From NCBI GenBank assembly GCA_043812915.1, contig JBDRLQ010000004.1, positions 56,704 through 120,703 on the forward strand: DNA of 64,000 nt, written 5' to 3'. Under the pieces are notes generated by a model. That model did not search any database. It was given only the letters and a program-made list of their open reading frames with translations, and was not told where the DNA came from. The stretch's first letter is position 1. The number at the start of each line of letters is the position of its first letter. The position numbers were made by a program, and so were the translations under genes. Source of the stretch: Candidatus Micrarchaeota archaeon (GTDB taxonomy: Archaea; Micrarchaeota; Micrarchaeia; Anstonellales; Bilamarchaeaceae). This document shows positions 1-7,342 of this stretch, in pieces.

Positions 1-345
1 TGTATCAGAGCTTATCCCGATATCTTTCTCCAGGTCTTTTCGGAGGGCCCCCAAGGCGATTTTTCCCATCGCGAGAATCGCATGCCCCCTGATTTCTGAA
101 TTCAGGTCATTCAAAACCAGTTTTGTGAGCCCCTCGATAGCGGAAACGTCCTTTCTTCGGCCAAGCTCCATAATAATAACTATGCGATTTTTGACATCTT
201 TGTGCCCAAGCTCAGCAATCAGCCGTTCGATATCCCACTTTGTAATCGAGAAATTCTGCGCGCTGCCCTCCATAATTGTCGATCTGCCCATCACCACAGC
301 CCGATGTCGGATATCATCTACGCTCAAGGTTTTTCTCTGGCCCAT
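1..345 (-). CDS. HEAT-repeat protein, partial (runs off window start)
   Basis: Hand translation from ATG at 345: ...IERLIAELGHKDVKNRIVIIMELGRRKDVSAIEGLTKLVLNDLNSEIRGHAILAMGKI, two PBS-lyase-type HEAT units; frame open to base 1; absent from ORF track. Confidence 0.7.
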   Translation of the reverse strand, partial: MGQRKTLSVDDIRHRAVVMGRSTIMEGSAQNFSITKWDIERLIAELGHKDVKNRIVIIMELGRRKDVSAIEGLTKLVLNDLNSEIRGHAILAMGKIALGALRKDLEKDIGISSDT

Positions 346-578
346 AATTATCCACAAAACCATTGTCTGAGACCCTTTAATAACCAATCGCCGACACAAC
401 TTCTTCTCTATAAAAATGATGGCAATTCAGGTGTGGTAAGCTTGCCATCCGGAAAAAATGCCGTATCCATGAGGCACAATCGCCTGACATTACTATATTT
501 AAACCTTCCTCAATCATAACATGTAACTTATGACTAGCAGTTCCTCTTCTAGGGGGGCGAGCCTAAGGTGGCGAGGAT

Positions 579-926
579 ATGGCAAGAGTAAAAGATAACC
601 AGCTTCTTGTTTCGCTCATGGATTTGCTGAGCAGAGATAAGAAACCAATCTGGAAAAAAGTTAGGAAAGAACTGGACAGGCCCAGAAGGAATAGGGTTGA
701 GGTCAACCTCAGCAAGCTTCAGGCCTACGGAGCCGACAATGGCACTGTGCTGGTCCCCGGGAAGGTTCTTGGTGCGGGCGAGATTAGCAAGAAGCTCACT
801 GTAGCGGCGTTCTCTTTCTCCGACAGCGCAAAGAAGCTCATTACGGCTGCCGGCGGAAGGATAATCTCAATCGAGGCGCTCCACAAGGCGAATCCGGAAG
901 GACGGGATGTGAGGATACTCAAATAA
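579..926 (+). CDS. rpl18e: 50S ribosomal protein L18e
   Basis: RPRRNRVEVNLSKL and VLVPGKVLGAG...VAAFSFS motifs; conserved L18e-L13-S9-RpoN order. Confidence 0.97.
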   Translation: MARVKDNQLLVSLMDLLSRDKKPIWKKVRKELDRPRRNRVEVNLSKLQAYGADNGTVLVPGKVLGAGEISKKLTVAAFSFSDSAKKLITAAGGRIISIEALHKANPEGRDVRILK

Positions 927-937
927 AGGTGATGCTC

Positions 938-1354
938 ATGATAGTCATTGATTGCAAAAACCTGATTTTCGGAAGAGTCGCAAGCCATGCGGCAAAGCAG
1001 GCCCTCAACGGTGAGGAAGTCCACCTCATAAATGCAGAGCAGATGGTGGTGTGCGGCAATCCTACACAGATTTCTGATAGATACAAACAGAAGAGGAGGC
1101 TGCAGAACAAGGGTACTCCGGAGCACTCGCCCAGATGGCCGAGGGTTCCCCACATGCTCGTCAAGAGGATGGTGAGGGGTATGCTCCCGAGGAAGACCAT
1201 GAGAGGCAGGGAAGCCATGAAGAGGCTGATGGTATATGCCGGAAACCCAAAGAACCTTGAGGGAAACGCGAAGCTTGCGAAGGCTGAGTATGATGGCGTG
1301 ACCAAGCACATAACCATTCTGGGGTTGTGCAAGAGCCTTGGATACACAGGTTGA
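938..1354 (+). CDS. rpl13: 50S ribosomal protein L13
   Basis: IDCKNLIFGRVAS, INAEQMVV, KRMVRGMLP motifs; SD GGTGA before ATG 938. Confidence 0.97.
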   Translation: MIVIDCKNLIFGRVASHAAKQALNGEEVHLINAEQMVVCGNPTQISDRYKQKRRLQNKGTPEHSPRWPRVPHMLVKRMVRGMLPRKTMRGREAMKRLMVYAGNPKNLEGNAKLAKAEYDGVTKHITILGLCKSLGYTG

Positions 1355-1359
1355 TGTTT

Positions 1360-2001
1360 ATGACAGAAAAAGAGAAGAAAGCGGAAAAAGAGGCCCCTGA
1401 AGAGAAAACGAAGAAGGCCGCAAAGAAGAAGACTACCAAGGCAGCCAAGAAAAAGGAGACAATCCAAGAGCCGAAGAAGGAAGAGAAATCGGTTCCTGAG
1501 GGGCCTTCCCCCGAGCAACCTAATCCCTTAACTCCCGAGCCCGTGGAGGCGATGCCTGAAAAAAAATCCTCAAAGAAGAAAAAGAGAGCCAAAAAGAAGG
1601 CACCTAAGGTCTTTGTGGTAAGAGGAAAAAGGAAGGAGAGCGTTGCCAGGGCAACAATAAAAGCCGGGAGGGGCATTGTACGGATTAACAGCATATCCCT
1701 TTCTGCAATGAACAACAAGTACGTCCGGGAAATAATACGCGAGCCGCTCAGGTATGTAGGGCCCGAAGTGGACACTGTGGACATTTCCGTAAACGTCTAT
1801 GGCGGGGGTCTTATGGGCCAGGCGCAGGCGTCAAGGACTGCCATTGCCAAGGCTCTGGCCATGTACTTCGAGGAGCTCAAGCTTAAAGAGAAATTCATCT
1901 CCATAGACAGGTCCCTCATGATTGAGGACACGAGACGTGTGGAGAGCAAGAAAGACTGCGGACCGAAGGCAAGAGCCAGATATCAGAAATCGTACCGGTG
2001 A
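1360..2001 (+). CDS. rps9: 30S ribosomal protein S9 with long Lys/Glu/Pro-rich N-terminal extension
   Basis: GKRKESVARA, GGGLMGQAQA, KARARYQKSYR C-terminus. Confidence 0.97.
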   Translation: MTEKEKKAEKEAPEEKTKKAAKKKTTKAAKKKETIQEPKKEEKSVPEGPSPEQPNPLTPEPVEAMPEKKSSKKKKRAKKKAPKVFVVRGKRKESVARATIKAGRGIVRINSISLSAMNNKYVREIIREPLRYVGPEVDTVDISVNVYGGGLMGQAQASRTAIAKALAMYFEELKLKEKFISIDRSLMIEDTRRVESKKDCGPKARARYQKSYR

Positions 2002-2005
2002 TGTA

Positions 2006-2200
2006 TTGGAATTTCCAGTAAGATGCTTTACGTGCGGAAACGTTATCGGGCAGCTGTATGAGCAGTACAAGGAAATGCTCAATACAACGTCTGCGGAGGG
2101 AGCCCTGGACAGCCTCGGCATCCACCGCTACTGCTGCAGGAAGATGTTCGTCGCCCATGTGGACACCGTGGATACAATCCTGCGGTACCCGAGAGTATAG
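2006..2200 (+). CDS. rpoN: DNA-directed RNA polymerase subunit N (Rpo10)
   Basis: FPVRCFTCG...RYCCRKM motif; TTG start at 2006 after SD GGTGA. Confidence 0.96.
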   Translation: MEFPVRCFTCGNVIGQLYEQYKEMLNTTSAEGALDSLGIHRYCCRKMFVAHVDTVDTILRYPRV

Positions 2201-2594
2201 AGGCATTTTTGCCTTTTCTCTTTTTCTTTTACTCCAGTTTTTCTCATTTTTGATTCTCATTAACATCTGGGAATGGCCTCTTTTAATAAGTTGTAGTTAA
2301 TATATATTAGTGTTATATTGATTCCTGCATTGTGAAATGCAGGACTGATGTCATGGCAAGACTGAAAATGACATGTTCGCAAACCCCGCGGAAGCAAATG
2401 TGCGGAAACCTCTTACTAAGGCGGATTCAAACCGCATAGTCAGCCAGGCCCGGGCAGGGGATGTTCATCTCCGGTCCCGCTCGTGGTGCAGAACCTGTTG
2501 ATTTTAGTGATATCGCAAGGACGATGTGCCTCTGAAGCGACCGCATAGAGGGTATATAAATCCTTCTACCGATAAAATCTCTTTAGATACCATT

Positions 2595-2741
2595 GGGGCC
2601 GTAAGGTAACCTGGTATCCTGCGTCCTTGGGGTGGACGTTATCTGAGAAAATCTCTCAGCTTTATTGCTGTGGGGTTTCAGGAATTCAATCCTCCGGTTA
2701 TCAACGCCTGCGGCCGGACGGAATAAATCTCGGCGGCCCCA
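2595..2741 (+). tRNA. tRNA-Pro(GGG) with two non-canonical introns (2648-2684 at 53/54; 2690-2726 at 58/59)
   Basis: Acceptor GGGGCCG/CGGCCCC-A; anticodon stem CGTCC/GGACG with GGG at 2629-2631; removing two 37-nt BHB-bounded inserts restores T-arm CTGAG-TTCAAAT-CTCGG (73 nt mature); TATA at 2553-2560; usual position after rpoN. Confidence 0.92.
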
Positions 2742-2771
2742 TTTTTGTTTCAGGCGAAAAGGTGAAAACGA

Positions 2772-3677
2772 ATGGCAGAAGAAGAAACTGAAAAAGTGGA
2801 TGAAGAGAAGAGTGGCATGCCTGTCAAGCAGGAAATGTTCCTTGAGGCGGGTATGCATATAGGTACGAAGATTCGTACGAATGATATGAGGGATTTCGTC
2901 TTCAAGAGAAGGGATGACGGGCTGTTCATTCTGGACCTTCGGAAGAGCGCTGAGCGGCTCATGTCGGCAGCGAAGATGATCTCCCAGTTCAGGCCAGAGG
3001 ATGTGCTTGTAGTCGCATCGCGTGTGTACTCAAGCAACCCTGCAACCAAGTTCTCACAGCTGACTTCCATACCCCTTGTCAAGGGGAGGTTTGTCCCAGG
3101 CACCATGACCAACATGATGTGCGCGAGCTTCAAGGAGCCCAAGCTTGTCATGGTCTGCGATCCGAAGGGGGAGAGGGAAGCAATCCTCGAGAGCGCCAAG
3201 AACGGCGTTCCTGTAATCGCGCTCTGCGACACTGACAACGAGACAAAGTTCATCGACCTGATTGTGCCCATCAACAACAAGGGCAAGCGCTCGCTGGCAC
3301 TGACCTTCTACATCCTTGCCAGGGAGCTTATGCTTTCCCAGGGCAAGATAAAGGACTACTCAGAATTCCCATTCGAGGTCCACCACTTCGAGCAGCCGCC
3401 TCCTGAAAAGAAGGAGGAGGCGAAGGCTGAGGAAGCTGTTGAAGCCGCAAAGGAAGAGGCAGCAAAAGAGGAAGCCGAGAAGGAAGAAAAGGCCGCAAAG
3501 GACAAGGAAGAGGAGAAGAAGGCCGAGGAAGCCCTCAAGGTGGCCAAGGACGAGAAGGAGTCCAAGGAGAAGCCGAAGAAAGAAGAGAAGCCGGAAAAGA
3601 AGGCCGAAGAGAAGAAAGAGGCCGCAAAGGAAGGGAAGCTGGCAAAAGAAGACGCTTCAGAAGAGAAAAAGGAGTAA
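2772..3677 (+). CDS. rps2: 30S ribosomal protein S2 with Glu/Lys/Ala-rich C-terminal tail
   Basis: FLEAGMHIGTK, GRFVPGTMTN, PVIALCDTD, IVPINNKG motifs. Confidence 0.97.
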   Translation: MAEEETEKVDEEKSGMPVKQEMFLEAGMHIGTKIRTNDMRDFVFKRRDDGLFILDLRKSAERLMSAAKMISQFRPEDVLVVASRVYSSNPATKFSQLTSIPLVKGRFVPGTMTNMMCASFKEPKLVMVCDPKGEREAILESAKNGVPVIALCDTDNETKFIDLIVPINNKGKRSLALTFYILARELMLSQGKIKDYSEFPFEVHHFEQPPPEKKEEAKAEEAVEAAKEEAAKEEAEKEEKAAKDKEEEKKAEEALKVAKDEKESKEKPKKEEKPEKKAEEKKEAAKEGKLAKEDASEEKKE

Positions 3678-3701
3678 TCTCCTTTTCCCTTTTTTTCATT
3701 T

Positions 3702-5573
3702 TTACCAGTCGCAGATATTTTCATCCCGCGGATCCATTGGATTGTCAACATCGAACTCCCTGAATGTGCTCTGGATTCCACCGCCTTCTGTTTTATGGCA
3801 GATATTTCTCAGTTTCGAGATTCTCATTCTCCGCTCCATTACGCTTGGCAACTTCTGGATTTCTCCGATTGCAAGCCTTTTCCTGAATCTCCTCTCAGCC
3901 GCGTATCTCATGCTCATCTCTATATTGCCTCCATATCTTGAGAGCCGGGAAATCTCTGCAAAGAGCTCGAGCTCCTCCTGGGTGAGCTCCTCAATGCTCC
4001 GCACTTGTTTTTCGGGAGGGCTGCCAACCTCGAATATCTCCCTGCTTGGAATGGCCTTTAGCATCCGGGAGAACTCCTCAGCGCTTATTTCTCCATCCTC
4101 ATCCTCGTCGGCTGCCTGCCTTGCACCTGCGATGGCGCGCTCCAGCCTCAATCTCCGTTCCATCACGCTGGGAAGCCCCTGGAACTCTCCAGACAAATAG
4201 CTTTTCCTGAATCTTGCCTCAAGCTCCTCATGCCTCTCATGGCGGGAGACCTCAGTGAAATATTCGAGCTCTTCCTGGGTGAGATCCAGAATATCGCCGA
4301 CATAGATGCCGCCCGGGTTTTCTGGGCGTGAGCCGTCTCTTCCAGGCAACATCCTCAGCATACGCACGAACTCCCCGGAGTCAACCCTGCCGTCGTTGTC
4401 CCTGTCTGCCATGTGAGTTGCCTCTGCAACCACCCTATCAAGCATCTCATATTCCACCTGCTGGACAAGCTCCTGCCTCTGGAGCTCCAGGAACCGGTTC
4501 TGGCTCTCTATATAGTTCCTGTATAGAGAAACGCCATAGGCCATCGCTATTCCAAGCGCGACTGCCGCGACGAATTTCACCGCCCGCAAGGCCCTTCTCC
4601 TCCAGAGCTTGTCAACTGCCTTTTGGTCATAGTTGCCCTTTCCGGTATTCACTATGACGACCGTGTCGCTGGGCCCAAGGTCGAATTTCTCTGCACCGCA
4701 GAATGCAACCGCTGCGGATGGCTCGACAGCAATCCCGATTTTGTTGAGGTACTTGTATTCCTTTGCAATCTCTCTTTCGCTGATTGCATCTACCAGCTCC
4801 ACCCTCCCGTTCTTGACTAAGTTGAGAAGCAATTCCTTGAATTTCGAATATCCATTGACAAGCTTGTCTGCAATGCTCTTTCCAGGCCTTTTGAGGAACT
4901 CCTCGGCCTTCACGATAGTGTTCTGGGCAATGGTGACTCCGACAACCATCGGCGCTTCATCTCCCCAGATTTCATTCGCGCCTTCTGCAAGCTCGACTGC
5001 AAGCTCCCCTTCCCCGACAGGGCAGAATATGTAGTCAGGCTTAACGCCCGTATCGAAAATCTCACGAACGATAGTACGGTAGCCGTTGGCAAGCCCGTAA
5101 TCCTCAACGCCGACAATATTCTCTTCCGGACCATCAAAGCCAGTTGCTTTTCTGGCAATCTCCTTCATCTCATCCTGCGTGATTATCCGCTTTCCAAGGC
5201 CCAGCTCAACAACTATTGAGCAGCCCTCAAGGGCCTCCCGCACTTCCCTTGAAATCCCTTTGGGGACTATGTTGACCACCTGGATTTCCAATCCGGTTTC
5301 CTTTACTCTTTCCTTTGCCATATGCCCCAGGCTGAATCCTGAATTCCCCGAGGTGATATGGACAAACAGCAGGCCATCTGATTTCCCCCCGCATGCCCCG
5401 GCCTTCGCAGCTAGCTTCCTCATTTCCCTATCGAGAATTGCCGAGCACCGCCTGTCCTTGAATGTCTTGAAAGGATTCATGCTCTCGTGCTTGACCAGCA
5501 CAGTAGCCCCGTTGCAGCGCCCGCACATCTCGATGCTCTTTTGCAGAGGTGTCATGCCAACTTTTAGCCTCAT
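3702..5573 (-). CDS. PLP-dependent fold-type II (threonine synthase-like) domain + TM helix + two EF-hand-containing repeats
   Basis: KHESMNPFKTFKDRR, TSGNSG, PVGEGEL, EPSAAVAF, VIVNTGKG; TM FVAAVALGIAMAYGVSLY; loops DRDNDGRVDSGE and DEDEDGEISAEE. Confidence 0.8.
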   Translation of the reverse strand: MRLKVGMTPLQKSIEMCGRCNGATVLVKHESMNPFKTFKDRRCSAILDREMRKLAAKAGACGGKSDGLLFVHITSGNSGFSLGHMAKERVKETGLEIQVVNIVPKGISREVREALEGCSIVVELGLGKRIITQDEMKEIARKATGFDGPEENIVGVEDYGLANGYRTIVREIFDTGVKPDYIFCPVGEGELAVELAEGANEIWGDEAPMVVGVTIAQNTIVKAEEFLKRPGKSIADKLVNGYSKFKELLLNLVKNGRVELVDAISEREIAKEYKYLNKIGIAVEPSAAVAFCGAEKFDLGPSDTVVIVNTGKGNYDQKAVDKLWRRRALRAVKFVAAVALGIAMAYGVSLYRNYIESQNRFLELQRQELVQQVEYEMLDRVVAEATHMADRDNDGRVDSGEFVRMLRMLPGRDGSRPENPGGIYVGDILDLTQEELEYFTEVSRHERHEELEARFRKSYLSGEFQGLPSVMERRLRLERAIAGARQAADEDEDGEISAEEFSRMLKAIPSREIFEVGSPPEKQVRSIEELTQEELELFAEISRLSRYGGNIEMSMRYAAERRFRKRLAIGEIQKLPSVMERRMRISKLRNICHKTEGGGIQSTFREFDVDNPMDPRDENICDW

Positions 5574-7165
5574 CTCGCATTCACCTCCCTTGCAGCAGAT
5601 GCGACACTCCTACGCTTATCATATATGCCCTCGGCGATTCTCCTTAAGAGAACCGGCCTACCGAAACTGTCTGGGCTGGCACGGAATTCCCTGCGCATGT
5701 CATCTGCCCACATGATGCTGAACTGCCCCATGCCTGTTCTCTCCTGATTTGCCAAACGAACGTAGAAATTGAGTTCTGCCTCAGTAAAATCATCTAGGTG
5801 GAGGCGCCCCTCTGCATTCCCAGTCCTGCACCTTCCGGCCCTTCTCCCAGGAATCTTCCCGCAGATTCTAGCAATCTCATCTTCGTTCAGCCTGCCATTG
5901 CCGTTTCCATCGGCAATTTCCATTACCTGCGCCCGCAGTTTCTGCAGCCTGAACAATTCGGCGTCATTCGCATGCATCTTCGCGCTGATTGAAAGGGTAT
6001 GGTTTTCAGCTTCAAGCATCAATCTGTCCCGCTTTATGCTCAAGTCATATGTGCGGATTCCGAGTATGGCAACAGTAGCAATAAATGCAACGGCGGCCCA
6101 CCTGGCGCTCTTCCAGATGAATCTCCTCCACATCTTCCTGACCGCATGCCGATCGTAAATCCCCTGCCCCGTATTCACTATGACAATTGGCTCATCAGGA
6201 TTGAGATTGCACCTCTTTGCGCCTGCGAATGCTACTGCCGCTGAAGGCTCGAGAGCCATGAGTTCTGAAACATGCTCGTATTCCTTGGCAATCTCAAACT
6301 CATTGACGGTAATCATAATCATCTTTCTTTCCTTTACCAGGCTCTCAATAATCGCCTTGAATTTCGAATATGCAGTTACCAGCTTGTCGGCAATGCTCTC
6401 CTTGGGCTTCCTGACGAATGCCTTTTTTTGGACTATGGGGTTGCCGGGTATTGTGACCCCGATAATTTTCGGGTAGTAATCCCCCCAGATGGCCTCCTCC
6501 AGGCCAAATCCTGGTGCAGTGGAGCCGTATTCGAATCCCCAGGCCTCCCTGCCATCTGCCAGTTGCTCTTCCTTTGACCACACTTCCTCCACGCCGCGCG
6601 CAAGGTCGACTGCGAGTTCTCCCCCTCCCACAGGCACAAAAATATGCCTGGGCTTGATGCCCTCCGCATGAATCTCGCGGATAATCTCCTCATACCCGTT
6701 TCCGAGCCCGGATGACTCCACAACGACAATATCACTGTCCGGGCCATCGAATGCAGCGGCCGTTTTCGCTATGTCAATTAGTTCGTCCTCGCCAATCTGT
6801 TCCTTATCCAGATTCATCTCACGGACGATTGAGCACTTCCTGAGCCTCCTCTTTATGGGCGTTGCCAGCTTTTTTGAAACTATATTTACAACTGTTCTCT
6901 CCTTGCCGGTCTCCTCCTGCCAGTCGGCAGCAAGCTTCGCCAGGCTGTATCCTGAGTTTCCTGATGTTATATGGACAAAAAGCACCTTTTCCTTGGAGGC
7001 ATGGGCTTCAAGCAAGGCAGCACACCTTCTGGCCTTTACTGTTCCGGACTGGTTCCTGCTCTCATCCTTTACAAAGACCCTGGCGCGCCCGTATCTTCCG
7101 CACAGCTCATGGCTTATTGCGCAGCGTGTCTTGCCTACAGCTAACCTTCTCATGTACCCCGGCAT
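5570..7165 (-). CDS. Paralogous PLP-dependent fold-type II domain + TM helix + one EF-hand repeat
   Basis: KDESRNQSGTVKARR, TSGNSG, PVGGGEL, EPSAAVAF, VIVNTGQG; TM WAAVAFIATVAILGI; loop DGNGNGRLNEDE; ATGA overlap with next gene. Confidence 0.8.
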   Translation of the reverse strand: MPGYMRRLAVGKTRCAISHELCGRYGRARVFVKDESRNQSGTVKARRCAALLEAHASKEKVLFVHITSGNSGYSLAKLAADWQEETGKERTVVNIVSKKLATPIKRRLRKCSIVREMNLDKEQIGEDELIDIAKTAAAFDGPDSDIVVVESSGLGNGYEEIIREIHAEGIKPRHIFVPVGGGELAVDLARGVEEVWSKEEQLADGREAWGFEYGSTAPGFGLEEAIWGDYYPKIIGVTIPGNPIVQKKAFVRKPKESIADKLVTAYSKFKAIIESLVKERKMIMITVNEFEIAKEYEHVSELMALEPSAAVAFAGAKRCNLNPDEPIVIVNTGQGIYDRHAVRKMWRRFIWKSARWAAVAFIATVAILGIRTYDLSIKRDRLMLEAENHTLSISAKMHANDAELFRLQKLRAQVMEIADGNGNGRLNEDEIARICGKIPGRRAGRCRTGNAEGRLHLDDFTEAELNFYVRLANQERTGMGQFSIMWADDMRREFRASPDSFGRPVLLRRIAEGIYDKRRSVASAAREVNAR

Positions 7166-7230
7166 AATATTGTATAATTGTCCTTAAAAATGTACCTTTA
7201 TGGTAATATTTATGTAAAATTGTGAGAATC

Positions 7231-7260
7231 ACCGCTCCAGAACGGCTCTATCGATATATA
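7231..7260 (+). promoter_or_regulatory. Palindromic operator + TATA box upstream of ATPase gene
   Basis: ACCGCTCCAGAACGGC-N4-TCGATATATA; matches the site at 12409-12438 in sequence and spacing. Confidence 0.7.
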
Positions 7261-7342
7261 CGTGTTCCAACCGATATAATAATGTGACAAAGAGTATTCG
7301 GGGCAGCTAGAGCGGGGGGATAAGCGCCCTGCAAGTTTATGG

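Noticed and set aside
2443..2465. GCCAGGCCCGGGCAGGGG resembling SRP RNA helix 8
   Set aside because: No GNRA tetraloop or AGCA counterpart and no surrounding SRP helices
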